From: Candidatus Saccharimonadota bacterium
GTDB taxonomy: Bacteria > Patescibacteriota > Saccharimonadia > Saccharimonadales > Saccharimonadaceae
Direction: 5' to 3'
Assembly (NCBI GenBank): GCA_027311865.1
Contig: DAICYC010000001.1
Span: 33,880-97,879, forward strand
DNA length: 64,000 nucleotides
The position numbers and the translations under genes were made by a program. Shown here piece by piece: positions 31,921-43,922 of this stretch (within the stretch, counting starts at the first letter, position 1; every line of letters begins with the position of its first letter). The notes beneath the pieces are model-generated. The model was not told the origin of the DNA and ran no database searches. It worked only from the letters and a program-made list of their open reading frames with translations.

Positions 31921-32607
31921 ATGACTAAAACCCGTTGGATAATTTTCACTGCTATAACTATTCTGTTATTCGGTGCCCTAATCATTTATTCACGAGACAA
32001 CCGAACAACCATTGACGTTTCTAGCGTCGACCCCAACTCGATTGTTGACGCAAGCGAACAGAATGGTAACATTGGCGATCGTGTATACAATGACACCAAA
32101 AGTGACCTCGTCTTCATCGAATACGCCGACTATCAATGTCCCGGCTGTGCCAGCGCCCAACCTGGCGTCGAGCAGCTGATGGAAAAGTATGGCGACAAGA
32201 TCGCCATCGTCTTTCGACACTTTCCGATTATTTCAGCTCACCCGAACGCCCTAGCAGCCGCGGCCGCCGCTGAGGCTGCCGGTGCTCAAGGTAAATTCTG
32301 GCAAATGAACGCCACACTATTTGAAAATCAAAGTCAATGGCAGGCCAATAATATTGCCGAACGAACCGATACTTTCAAGGGCTATGCTGAAGCAATTGGT
32401 CTCGATATCAATAAGTTCGTTAACGACCTGTCGAGCGCCGATATCAGCCAGAAAATAAACTTCGACATGGCACTAGCGCGCAAGAAAGGTGTTAACGCTA
32501 CACCAACCTTCTACTTCGACGGTGAAAAATTGAGTGATGAAGCGACTAAAGGCATCCTACAGGGTGATCTGTCGGCCGTTAGCGAGCTCATTGACTCAAA
32601 ATTGTAA
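31921..32607 (+). CDS. dsbA: DsbA-family thiol-disulfide oxidoreductase
   Basis: TM anchor, EYADYQCPGC, FRHFP, GVNATPTF. Confidence 0.9.
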   Translation: MTKTRWIIFTAITILLFGALIIYSRDNRTTIDVSSVDPNSIVDASEQNGNIGDRVYNDTKSDLVFIEYADYQCPGCASAQPGVEQLMEKYGDKIAIVFRHFPIISAHPNALAAAAAAEAAGAQGKFWQMNATLFENQSQWQANNIAERTDTFKGYAEAIGLDINKFVNDLSSADISQKINFDMALARKKGVNATPTFYFDGEKLSDEATKGILQGDLSAVSELIDSKL

Positions 32608-32624
32608 AATCCGTCTCTAAATTT

Positions 32625-32660
32625 AAAAACACCCCGGTGCCTTGGGGTGTTTTGTTTTTG
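32625..32660. terminator. Bidirectional intrinsic terminator
   Basis: AAAAACACCCC...GGGGTGTTTT stem with A/T tracts. Confidence 0.75.
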
Positions 32661-32682
32661 CGGGTTGAAGCTCACGGGTTGT

Positions 32683-32775
32683 TTAGTGAGCGATGAAAGT
32701 TCGCCAATCGGCGGGCACCACATCCACTGCTATCTTTTTGCGTCGTGACGACACAAATTCGACGGCTATAGGCAT
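32683..32775 (-). CDS. Putative 30-aa small protein MPIAVEFVSSRRKKIAVDVVPADWRTFIAH
   Basis: AAGGAG SD upstream of ATG; ends before the bidirectional terminator. Confidence 0.45.
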   Translation of the reverse strand: MPIAVEFVSSRRKKIAVDVVPADWRTFIAH

Positions 32776-33001
32776 GTGATTTGTTACTCCTTGTACTATG
32801 TACAGCCCCACACACTCCGACCTTTATTATTAGTTTTGGCGTGAGGCGCAATATTGATATTATCAAAATCTACCCCGCGCGTCAAGAATACGCCCAACAT
32901 GAGCGTTATTACCCCTAATAATATGTCATAGCTATCGTCAGCACAAGCTTTTTCAGAAAAAAGATGTTGTTTGTTATACTGAATAGCAAGATGGGCCAAA
33001 A

Positions 33002-33826
33002 ATGAACACGAAATTATTAACCTTGCTCAAACTATCACTATCGATCACTGCCGCAACAATATTGCTGGCCCAGTTTGTAGCGGCAACACCGATTGTCTCC
33101 CAGAGCTATGCCACGGAAACAAAGTTACCGGTCGGCTCAATTGCCAGCCTAAAGGACGATGCTAGCAGCACCATAATCGCGGCTTCAATTCAATCAACCG
33201 AAACCATCATAGGAGTTGTAATTGATGCCGGGAGCGCCTATCTATCGCTGACACGTGGCCCAGATAGCGAGGCCCAAGTCGCCACCAATGGTATCGTCCA
33301 GGTTTTAGTATCAGACATTAACGGCGATATTAGCCGCGGTGACCACATTACCGCCTCACCAATCAAAGGTATCGGCATGAAAGCTACTGACAATATTCGT
33401 GTCGTTGGCATTGCCCAAGCCGGCCTCGACAACAACACCGGTAAAGTGGAAAAATACACTGACGCCGATGGCGCCGAAAAAGAAACCCTAATCGGTCACA
33501 TCCCCGTATTGGTCAACGTATCATACTTCTTCAAGCAACCTGAACGAACTATCGTACCTTCGGCACTACAGAATATCGCCAACGCGCTAGCTGGACGTCG
33601 AGTTGAGCCCCTGCCAATAATAATCGCGATGGCTATCTTTATTATCATGTTGATTGTAGTGGCCAGTATCGCCTACTCGATGATTAAAAGCAGTATCATT
33701 TCGGTCGGCCGTAATCCGCTGTCTCAATCAGCCATCTATCGAGGTTTGATTCAGATGTCAGCCTTGGTCATCAGTATTCTAGGTGTTGGCCTGGTGGTTA
33801 TCTACTTAATCCTAACGAGGCTTTAA
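33002..33826 (+). CDS. Secreted beta-domain protein fused to an ATP synthase c-subunit-like hairpin
   Basis: Signal peptide; VATNGIVQV...GDISRGDHITAS...GIGMKA domain; C-terminal TM-GRNP-TM hairpin; first gene of the atp-like operon. Confidence 0.65.
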   Translation: MNTKLLTLLKLSLSITAATILLAQFVAATPIVSQSYATETKLPVGSIASLKDDASSTIIAASIQSTETIIGVVIDAGSAYLSLTRGPDSEAQVATNGIVQVLVSDINGDISRGDHITASPIKGIGMKATDNIRVVGIAQAGLDNNTGKVEKYTDADGAEKETLIGHIPVLVNVSYFFKQPERTIVPSALQNIANALAGRRVEPLPIIIAMAIFIIMLIVVASIAYSMIKSSIISVGRNPLSQSAIYRGLIQMSALVISILGVGLVVIYLILTRL

Positions 33827-33828
33827 TC

Positions 33829-34458
33829 ATGGAAACCTTTATGATTATCTTTTTGTTAATTAACGCCTTAATCGCCGGCGTGGCGGCCACGATTGCGCTC
33901 CAACACTCAGCAGCGCACCGACACGAAAAAAAGCAACGCACACAACAGTCCGTACCAATGCCGCGCATGCCAGCCGAAACCAGGGCTCACCTACTACTTC
34001 AGGCTGAAGAGAAATTTGAAGATCAAATTGAAGACTCCACTGCTCAACTTCAAAAAGACATCAACGACACTATCGACCGACTGGACAGTCGCGTCTCGAA
34101 GCTCGGTGACGAAATTATCGAAGCCGAGATGAAACGCTACCGCGAGAGCCTGGAGACCATCAAACTTCAAACCGAGAAGATGTTAATTGAAGCTCAGTCG
34201 GCCGTCTCAACCCACCAAGCCCAACTCGACGAACAATTTGCCAAGGCTCAGCAAGAAATGGTTGATAAACTGCGAGCTGACATCGAGTCCGAGAAAGAAC
34301 GCACCATGGCTGATATCGACACCAAGATGAATGATGCCGTTATCTCATTCCTGCTTGAAACGATGCAGCATAATGTTGATCTCGGTGCTCAAACTGACTA
34401 CATTCTATCTGTCTTGGAGGCCAATAAGGCAGATATTATCGGCGAGGTCAAAAAATGA
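33829..34458 (+). CDS. atpF: ATP synthase subunit b-like peripheral stalk protein
   Basis: N-terminal TM then long coiled coil; immediately upstream of delta. Confidence 0.6.
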   Translation: METFMIIFLLINALIAGVAATIALQHSAAHRHEKKQRTQQSVPMPRMPAETRAHLLLQAEEKFEDQIEDSTAQLQKDINDTIDRLDSRVSKLGDEIIEAEMKRYRESLETIKLQTEKMLIEAQSAVSTHQAQLDEQFAKAQQEMVDKLRADIESEKERTMADIDTKMNDAVISFLLETMQHNVDLGAQTDYILSVLEANKADIIGEVKK

Positions 34459-34946
34459 GCCTAGTTATTCCGCCGACCATAATTTCACCCCAGGATTTGC
34501 TTTCAGTCATCGAGGAGTTGAAAAATTATTCAAGATATTCAGTTCACGAAGCCATTAAACAACGCGTAACTGTCCGTAAAAGTCGACCAGCTAACAACGT
34601 CGAACTATCAGATGAAGCGCGCGATTTGTTGCGTCAAGCCTCAGACGGAAAAACAATATCTCGTCGAGCTGTCGACAACCTGATTCGTGAACTTGATGCT
34701 GTTATCAAGAACTCGCAAACGGTCACTTTTACCCTCGCTGCGCCAGCTACGACTGATGTCAAGCGAAAGTTAGCCGACTGGTGCCGACATAATATTGGAC
34801 CATCAACGCTGATCGCCTTTAAATTCAACTCCACCTTGCTCGGGGGTTTTGTAGTTCGTTATGGCAGCCATGTTCATGATTGGTCGTTCCGACGCCAAAT
34901 CTTAAACCGATCGAATGACTTTATGGAGACTCTACGTCGTGTTTGA
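34455..34946 (+). CDS. atpH: ATP synthase subunit delta-like
   Basis: OSCP C-terminal pattern LLGGFVVRYGSHVHDWSFRRQI. Confidence 0.8.
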   Translation: MSLVIPPTIISPQDLLSVIEELKNYSRYSVHEAIKQRVTVRKSRPANNVELSDEARDLLRQASDGKTISRRAVDNLIRELDAVIKNSQTVTFTLAAPATTDVKRKLADWCRHNIGPSTLIAFKFNSTLLGGFVVRYGSHVHDWSFRRQILNRSNDFMETLRRV

Positions 34947-36413
34947 GAACGCACGTTTTCAAAAACTGGTTGAAGCCGACAACCTAACTGGCGAAGTCGT
35001 TGCCGTCAATGGATTTTTAGTTCAAGTCCGTGGCCTCGAGGGGGTTAGACTCGGTGCTCAAGTCCTGTTCGAGGACGGTCAACGTGGCTTGGTTCGAGAA
35101 GCCTACGGCGATCGAGTCATCTTGTTTAACGTCGATTCCGAAAATATGAGTCCTGGAAAATTAGTGGTCGTTGAAAATGATGTCTTGACGGTACCAGTCG
35201 GCGAATCGCTCGTTGGTCGAGTCATCACCCCAATGGGTGATCCACTCGACGACAAAGGTCCAATCAAAACCACCGAAACGTCCGGCATTTTCAATCCAGC
35301 ACCAGGCATCATGGCTCGAAGCATGCTCAACGAACAACTAGCTAGCGGCGTGGCCGCCGTCGATATGTTTTTTCCGATCGTTCTCGGCCAACGTATCGCG
35401 GTGCTCGGAGACAGCAAGTCTGGTAAAAGTACCCTGCTTAGTCAGCTCAGCGCCAATCAGCAAGATACCGATCGAATTGTAGTTTACGTACTTATCGGCA
35501 AACGAAAGGTCGACGTTGAGCAATTATTAACAGGGCTAGAAAAATCAGGCGCCATGAAGAGCACAATCGTCGTACTAGCCGATGTGTTCGACTCATTGAC
35601 ACTTTCCTACTTGGCACCTTACGCCGCTTGCGCCATGGCCGAAAACCTATGGTATGCCGGTCGCGACGTCGTCATTATTTATGACGACTTAACCAGTCAC
35701 GCCGAAGCCTATCGTCAACTATCACTCCTTCAGGAAGTCGACCCGGGTCGCGATTCATTTCCAGGCGACATGTTCTACGCCCATTCGAGTCTACTGGAGC
35801 GTGCCGGCAAGCTTCTCAGTAACGGCAAAACTTTAACATCACTGCCAGTCGTCCTAACTCCCGGCGACGACATTACCGCCTACTTATCAACCAGTATCAT
35901 GTCAATCACCGATGGACAGATTGTTCTTGACCTAGGTGTCTTTCGTCAAGGCGTTCGACCAGCCGTTAACGCCGGATTGTCGGTATCCCGAGTTGGTGGT
36001 CAAGCCCAAACCACTCGACAAAAGCGATTATCAAGCAGTCTCGTCAAGTCACTCGCTCGCTACAAACAGGCTGAAGAATTCTCCCACTTTGGCTCGAGTC
36101 TATCGGAAGAATCGCGGGTAGACTTGCTCACCGGTAAACAAATTTACGAAGCTCTTCAGCAACCACCAGAAGATTTGTTTAGTTTGACGGAGCAACAATT
36201 AATCCTCGAGACAGTTATGCTAGGGGCCGGCAAGTATACGATCGATATTCCCGGCCTAAAGACAGCCAGCCGAGAGGCCGCCAAACAAGTGAAAAAAGAA
36301 GAAGACATGGACAAGATTGTCGAGTTCTTACTCAAGAAATTTGGTCAAGAAATCAAAGCCGAAGTCAAAGAAGTTAAGGTTGACGATCAACCACCAACCG
36401 AGGCGGAAACAGC

Positions 36414-36417
<4 letters not shown>
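34939..36417 (+). CDS. atpA: Divergent F1 ATPase alpha subunit
   Basis: GQRIAVLGDSKSGKS, YDDLT, PGRDSFPGDMFYAHSSLLERA, SITDGQI, SVSRVGG; GTG start after GGAG. Confidence 0.93.
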
Positions 36418-38185
<1,768 letters not shown>

Positions 38186-38223
38186 ACTTTTTACTCGTTA
38201 TTAACAGTTTAGCATAAGTAAAA

Positions 38224-38793
38224 TTAGTCAGCAATTACAGCACTGGATTGTCTAGTTTGTTCAAATCGATGACAAAGAACGATAACCAATGTCATCCATA
38301 ATCCAGCGCTCGCCCAACCAGCAACAATGTCTGAAGGATAGTGAACGCCGAGATACATTCGTGACAGACCGATCAGTAACACGTATAGCGACCCTATAAC
38401 TAACAACAGGTTACGATGTCGCCGCCATCGGCTTCGTGACACGAGATAGACACTTAAAATAAAAATTGTCATCGAGGCGGTCGCATGTCCACTTGGAAAA
38501 GAGTAGCTAGTTTCAGTGACTAAGTGTGCCCATAGATCAGGCCGGGTCCGCGAGAAAAATAACTTCAACAGAACATTAAGAATCATCACACCGCCCAGGC
38601 TGAACCCGAATAGAATCAAACCTCGCCAATACTTACGATGTAACAGCCAGATGACAATAACTGAACTGAGCGAACTCAACAACGTTACACCGGCCAATTC
38701 GGTAACTGCTAGAAAGAAGTAGTCCAGATACGAATGACTTATTTGGCGAATAGCCAGTAGTACAGTCTCGTCAAAGGAACGAATGACTTCCAT
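38224..38793 (-). CDS. PAP2 family phosphatase
   Basis: KxxxxRxRP, SFPSGH, SRMYLGVHYPSD. Confidence 0.93.
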   Translation of the reverse strand: MEVIRSFDETVLLAIRQISHSYLDYFFLAVTELAGVTLLSSLSSVIVIWLLHRKYWRGLILFGFSLGGVMILNVLLKLFFSRTRPDLWAHLVTETSYSFPSGHATASMTIFILSVYLVSRSRWRRHRNLLLVIGSLYVLLIGLSRMYLGVHYPSDIVAGWASAGLWMTLVIVLCHRFEQTRQSSAVIAD

Positions 38794-38799
38794 GAACGG

Positions 38800-41193
38800 C
38801 TAGGCGCGGCCTCGACCCGGACGAACCACAGACGTATCGTCCTCGATCGGTGCCGGTGGGTCGGTAGTCTCCGATGCATTGGTTTCGTCGGGCTCGTCGG
38901 CGACTTCACAGCCGCGATTGTCGACCTCCGCTCCATCGGTCGTACCCGGACAACGGTCTTTATCGTCACTAACCCCGTCGCCATCGGTGTCAATCGGCTC
39001 ATCCTTGACTTCACAGCCATCACTATCGACTTCGACACCCGGCTTGGTATCTGGGCATTTGTCTTTGTCGTTGGTTACACCATCTTTGTCACTATCCTCG
39101 GGTGGTTTTGGCACGTCACACGTCCCTTCCGGGATAGCATCGCGCTTGAAGTATTCTTGGTAGGTGCCGTCAGTGCCACCACCGACTGCCCGTAGACCAT
39201 TCGACCGACAAACAAGTAGTCTCACCACTCCATCAGGGGCGACAAATTTTTCGGCCGCTTTCATCGACAAGGCTTTCGAAATGGTTGCTCGCCAGATAGG
39301 CCCAGCCATGACTGATCCACCGTTTAGCATCGGTTCGTTATCGTTATTACCGACCCAGACTCCAACCGCAATCGTTGGACTATAGCCGATCGTCCAAGCA
39401 TCACGTGCCTCATCAGTCGTACCAGTTTTAACCGCCACGTCGAAACCTGGCGTATTCAAAGTCGAACCGAAGACTGGTGCTCGAGCGGACTCGTCATTTA
39501 GAATATCTGAGATCATAAAACTAGCCTCTTCGCCCATCACTCGCTTAGAATCATCAGCTTTGTGTTCAAATACTTTTTTGTCGTACTTGTTGGTAATTGC
39601 TAGAATCGTCACCGTATCAGCCTGTAAGCCCTTATTAGCTAGAGCCGAATAGGCATGTGTCATATCGATCAGACTAGCCTCAGCCGAACCGAGAGCAAGC
39701 GACAAGCCATAGTCCTTATCTTTTTCGACAGTCGTCAAACCTAATCGCCGCAAAGCATCGACCGACTCATCAACTCCGAGTCGTTTCATAACTTCAACTG
39801 ACGGGATATTTAAGGATTGCGATATTGCATTACGGACACTAATATCACCCCGGAATTGTCGATCGGCGTTGAGTGGACGGTAACCACCAAAGTCGGTGGG
39901 CTGGTCGGCTATTACTGTCGACGGAGTTATAACACCAGTATGAAGCGCTTCGGCGTAATAAAGCGGCTTGACACTAGAACCGGGCTGACGAGGAGTCGTG
40001 ACCATATTAACGGTTCCGAAATCTTTATTTTGATAGTCAACGCTCCCGACAAAAGCCGTCACGTAGCCGGTCTTTGGATCAATGGCCACAACCGAGGCGT
40101 TGGAGCCGCCGTTAGCCTCGAGGACCGGTCGATGAGAAGCAACCGCATCATTAGCCACTTGCTGCAAGTCCATATCGAGAGTTGTCTTGACACGATAACC
40201 AGATCGCGTGACCTGTTCTTCGCCATATTTCTCGTAGAGTTCGCCCATAATCATTTCGGCGAAGTGCGGTGCCTTGCCTTTAGCCGCATCATCACCATCA
40301 GCGTAAGCCAGTTCTTGCGCCTTGGCAGCTTCAGCTTCAGCCTCGCTAATCACGCCATTATCAACCATTCGGTCGAGAACCGTCGCCTGTCGCTCTTTGG
40401 CATATTCCATGTTGCCGCTGATTGGTGAATAGGCGCTTGGAGCTGGCAGTACACCAATCAACATCGCGCTCTCAGCCAGGCTCAAGTCAGCGGCTGATTT
40501 ATTAAAATATGTTTCCGCCGCCGACTCGATACCGAAGGCGCCTTCACCGTAGTAAACAGAGTTCAAATACAAGTCGAGAATTTCGCCCTTGCTATATTGT
40601 CTCTCGATGGCAACAGCGATGGCTAATTCCTGGTATTTTCGCAACACCGTCCGATCGTTATAGAGAACTGTGTTCTTGGCTAACTGCTGAGTTAAGGTTG
40701 ATCCACCATAGGCCGTAAAGTCGCCACTTGATACGTTGGCTAGCATGGCACCAGCAATACTCACCAAAGAAAAGCCGCTATGCTCATAAAAATTCTTATC
40801 TTCGGCTGAGATTAAGGCTTTTTCAGTGTAGTCAGAAATTTGATCGAGCGACAATCGCTCCCCTCGGTCAGCCGTACCAAAACTGTAAAACACTTCGCCG
40901 TCACGATCTTCTAGAACCACGCCGGTATTATTGTAATTTAGCAATTGATTGGGATCAGAAATGGTATTAGCGAAATAAGCATAAGTCGCTACTGGAACGA
41001 TAATCAGAAAAGCAGCTATCGGCGCTCCAATCAGGGCGACTTGTTGCTTACGATTAAGTGACTTGAACCACGACCAACGCTTGACAAAGAAGGTTTTGAC
41101 CGGTCCAGCTGTCGATTTTGATTTTGAGACAGATGTCTTGCCCGTTCGGAACGATGACTGTTTTCGACGAGGCGAAATATATTTTTTATCCAT
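38800..41193 (-). CDS. Class A penicillin-binding protein (PBP1A) with C-terminal thrombospondin type-3-like repeats
   Basis: EDKNFYEH, GGSTLTQQLAK, GSSVK (SxxK), SLN, KTG; DxDxDGVxxDKDxCP repeats. Confidence 0.93.
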   Translation of the reverse strand: MDKKYISPRRKQSSFRTGKTSVSKSKSTAGPVKTFFVKRWSWFKSLNRKQQVALIGAPIAAFLIIVPVATYAYFANTISDPNQLLNYNNTGVVLEDRDGEVFYSFGTADRGERLSLDQISDYTEKALISAEDKNFYEHSGFSLVSIAGAMLANVSSGDFTAYGGSTLTQQLAKNTVLYNDRTVLRKYQELAIAVAIERQYSKGEILDLYLNSVYYGEGAFGIESAAETYFNKSAADLSLAESAMLIGVLPAPSAYSPISGNMEYAKERQATVLDRMVDNGVISEAEAEAAKAQELAYADGDDAAKGKAPHFAEMIMGELYEKYGEEQVTRSGYRVKTTLDMDLQQVANDAVASHRPVLEANGGSNASVVAIDPKTGYVTAFVGSVDYQNKDFGTVNMVTTPRQPGSSVKPLYYAEALHTGVITPSTVIADQPTDFGGYRPLNADRQFRGDISVRNAISQSLNIPSVEVMKRLGVDESVDALRRLGLTTVEKDKDYGLSLALGSAEASLIDMTHAYSALANKGLQADTVTILAITNKYDKKVFEHKADDSKRVMGEEASFMISDILNDESARAPVFGSTLNTPGFDVAVKTGTTDEARDAWTIGYSPTIAVGVWVGNNDNEPMLNGGSVMAGPIWRATISKALSMKAAEKFVAPDGVVRLLVCRSNGLRAVGGGTDGTYQEYFKRDAIPEGTCDVPKPPEDSDKDGVTNDKDKCPDTKPGVEVDSDGCEVKDEPIDTDGDGVSDDKDRCPGTTDGAEVDNRGCEVADEPDETNASETTDPPAPIEDDTSVVRPGRGRA

Positions 41194-41224
41194 AATTATG
41201 TATAGCTATTATAGCAAAGTGTGA

Positions 41225-42364
41225 TTAGCTTCTCTTAACGTCAACACCGACGGCTTCACGAACTGAATTATAACCATCCCGTTTCAGTAGAGCCGCCAAC
41301 TCGTGATTAATCGTACCCACGACTTGCGGGCCCTGAAATATCACACCTGTAATCATCTGAATTAGGCTGGCGCCGAGTTTTATCTTGCGATAAGCGTCTT
41401 CAGCCGAAAATACCCCGCCCACGCCAATAATGACGAACCGGTCGCCATATTCACGATAAATCTGCTCAATCATTCGATCACTCAGCTGTTGAACCGGCTT
41501 GCCGCTCAAGCCACCCCTGATGTCATCTGTTAAGCCATCCCTTACGTCGACTGTATCACGAGTCTTGGCCAGGTTACATGCAACAACTCCGCTAACCTGA
41601 TGCTCGGCTAGCACTTTCATCAGATTAGATAATTTAATCGGATCCAAATAGCTTGGTAACTTAACGAATAACGGCATCTTTAGTTGCAGTTCGTCGATTC
41701 GTTCGAGTAATCTGTCTAACGGTTCAGGATTAACAAAAGGTTCTCCACCACAAGTGTTGGGACAGGAAATGTTGAGAGTTAGGGCCGATGGCTGCTCGAG
41801 ATCAGCTAAGCGCTTTATCGCCCGCAAGCAGTCTTCGATCATCGTCGCCTCATCAGCAACCTCGGGAACGTTAGAATGAGCCACCGATACGAACAGCGGA
41901 AAATCGACCAAAGTGTCATCTTTGTAATTATCGATTCTGCTAGCAATTCGCTCGACGCCTTGATTTGCCAAGCCAGCATGAACGACTAGTGATTTTGTAT
42001 GCGGCAATCGGAAAAACCATGGTCGTGGATTGCCAGCTGCTTCACGATTAGTTACCGTTCCGCCTTCCATAAAGCCAAAACCGACGGCCTTCATCATCGG
42101 CACTAGTTCGACATTCTTGTCGAAACCAGCCGATAAGCCAATCGGATTGCGAAATTTCAGACCGGCCACTTCGACGCGCAATCGATCTTCATAGTGCGCG
42201 ATCAGACGCGGCAACAGCCATCGCACCAAGCTGAATCTCTGTAAAAACACCGCCAGAGCGACGAGTCCATGGTGAACTTCATCAGGTTGAAAACGAAACA
42301 AAATCGGCTTGGCGATGTGACGGTAGATTTTCGTCAACAACCAGCGTAATGCCACCTTGATCAT
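41225..42364 (-). CDS. pyrD: Quinone-dependent (class 2) dihydroorotate dehydrogenase
   Basis: N-terminal membrane helices, AGFDKN, GNPRP, NISCPN, GGLSGKP, IIGVGG. Confidence 0.92.
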   Translation of the reverse strand: MIKVALRWLLTKIYRHIAKPILFRFQPDEVHHGLVALAVFLQRFSLVRWLLPRLIAHYEDRLRVEVAGLKFRNPIGLSAGFDKNVELVPMMKAVGFGFMEGGTVTNREAAGNPRPWFFRLPHTKSLVVHAGLANQGVERIASRIDNYKDDTLVDFPLFVSVAHSNVPEVADEATMIEDCLRAIKRLADLEQPSALTLNISCPNTCGGEPFVNPEPLDRLLERIDELQLKMPLFVKLPSYLDPIKLSNLMKVLAEHQVSGVVACNLAKTRDTVDVRDGLTDDIRGGLSGKPVQQLSDRMIEQIYREYGDRFVIIGVGGVFSAEDAYRKIKLGASLIQMITGVIFQGPQVVGTINHELAALLKRDGYNSVREAVGVDVKRS

Positions 42365-42975
42365 CCGATCAAACTACTCCAATACTCCCAAAAAATGACT
42401 ACTAGGCCGAGAATCAAAATTGTGTACCACATAATTAAGGCGAATGACGCCCAAGAGTCCAAGCCAGCCACGAATTTTTCAAATCTAGCCGGCCAAGTCT
42501 TGCCCAAATCATCATCTCGATTTGACTGGGCAGCTAATCGAACCACGCCAAAGTAAATCAACGGAACCGTCACCCAAATAACTGAGCACCACGGGCAAAT
42601 TGTACCGAGCTTGAACAAACTGATTAGATACAAGTAAACCGTAAACGCCACGCCGCCAAATGCGGCCCCCAGTATCATCGCCCAGGCCTTCCAAGACATA
42701 ACCGAACCAATGCTTAGCAACACTGCCACGGCCAATAAACCGGTAAATGCCACTATCCCCCACATACTATTCGGGATACCGGCGATTATCGACGCCTCCT
42801 CCGAATTCATTGCTGACGAACATGTAATAATTGGGTTAATGCTACAAGCTGGCTGGTAATTCGCATCTTTTGCCACTTGAATTGTCTCAAAAGTTAGCGC
42901 AAATGAAGCAACTAGCCCGAGCACGGCCGAAACAATCAATAACCCTGTTAAAAACCTTTTCGAATTCATAATCAT
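42361..42975 (-). CDS. Vitamin K epoxide reductase (VKOR) family protein
   Basis: CSINPIITC loop, GIPNS, CPWC; ATGA overlap with pyrD. Confidence 0.92.
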   Translation of the reverse strand: MIMNSKRFLTGLLIVSAVLGLVASFALTFETIQVAKDANYQPACSINPIITCSSAMNSEEASIIAGIPNSMWGIVAFTGLLAVAVLLSIGSVMSWKAWAMILGAAFGGVAFTVYLYLISLFKLGTICPWCSVIWVTVPLIYFGVVRLAAQSNRDDDLGKTWPARFEKFVAGLDSWASFALIMWYTILILGLVVIFWEYWSSLIG

Positions 42976-43043
42976 AGAGTTATTTTACTCTACTCCGAAG
43001 ATTATGTCTGTAATCCGGGTCACAAAGCGGTACAATAGAAAAC

Positions 43044-43664
43044 ATGCAGACAACTTCAGATATCATTCAACAACTATTTTCCAATCAGCCCGCCAAGTCA
43101 GTCACTAAAGGCGAGGTTGTGATTGAGCCAGCTGATGAGCTAGCTGACATCACCTACCTGGAGAGCGGTCGAGTCATTCAGTATCGTGCCGACAGTCGAG
43201 GCAACAAGAGTATCGTTAATGTTTATCGTCCCGGCAGCTTTTTCCCGATGGGTTCAGCCCTGAATCATACACCGAATCGTTTTTATTTCGCTGCTAGCCA
43301 AGACAGTGTCGTACGAACAGCACCCCGCGAAGAGATCGTCTCGGCGTTGATAGCCGAGCCGGCCATTGCTATGGACCTACTAGCTCGAGTTTACCGCGGC
43401 ATCGACGGTCTATTAGGTCGGATGAGTTTGCTTCTGAGTGGTACCGCCCGAGAACGAGTCATGTACGAACTTATGACCATGGCCGACCGCTTTGGTGAAG
43501 TAGCCGATGAAGGCATTATGATATCGGTTACCGAAGATGAACTTGGCCAACATACTGGCTTGACCAGAGAAACCGTCAGTCGATCACTATCAGAACTAGC
43601 TCGCAAAGACATTCTCTCCCGCAGCGGCAAGGGAAAAATTCTTCTCTATCGCCGTACGCAATAA
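43044..43664 (+). CDS. Crp/Fnr family transcriptional regulator
   Basis: cNMP-binding barrel and GLTRETVSR HTH. Confidence 0.92.
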   Translation: MQTTSDIIQQLFSNQPAKSVTKGEVVIEPADELADITYLESGRVIQYRADSRGNKSIVNVYRPGSFFPMGSALNHTPNRFYFAASQDSVVRTAPREEIVSALIAEPAIAMDLLARVYRGIDGLLGRMSLLLSGTARERVMYELMTMADRFGEVADEGIMISVTEDELGQHTGLTRETVSRSLSELARKDILSRSGKGKILLYRRTQ

Positions 43665-43665
43665 A

Positions 43666-43911
43666 ATGGCCTTCAATCATTACGCCAAAATCAAATCTAT
43701 CCTCGCCGACCGAACCGACCGGTGGTACATCCGCCGTATCAACGAGCCAACAACCGCCACTAATTTTGCTGGCGAAAAGCGACATTTCGACCACTACTAC
43801 CGCATCTATGGCGAAGACAATCAGGCAATCGCTTATTGTAAATTTCAGCAGATTGAAAGATTAGCGAGAACTTTGAAAGTATCAGTTGAAGATCTACCTT
43901 TGGTCGACTAA
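43666..43911 (+). CDS. Small conserved hypothetical protein (MAFNHYAKIK)
   Basis: Directly follows the Crp gene. Confidence 0.7.
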   Translation: MAFNHYAKIKSILADRTDRWYIRRINEPTTATNFAGEKRHFDHYYRIYGEDNQAIAYCKFQQIERLARTLKVSVEDLPLVD

Positions 43912-43922
43912 AGTCGCCGCGT

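Noticed and set aside
32610..33000. tmRNA, RNase P or SRP RNA in the long intergenic region
   Set aside because: No conserved termini or core motifs recognised; explained by a terminator, a small ORF and promoters
39817..40428. 203-aa plus-strand ORF and many similar overlapping ORFs (e.g. 21401-21874, 49777-50313, 61507-62076)
   Set aside because: Antisense shadows of well-supported genes with no motifs or start signals
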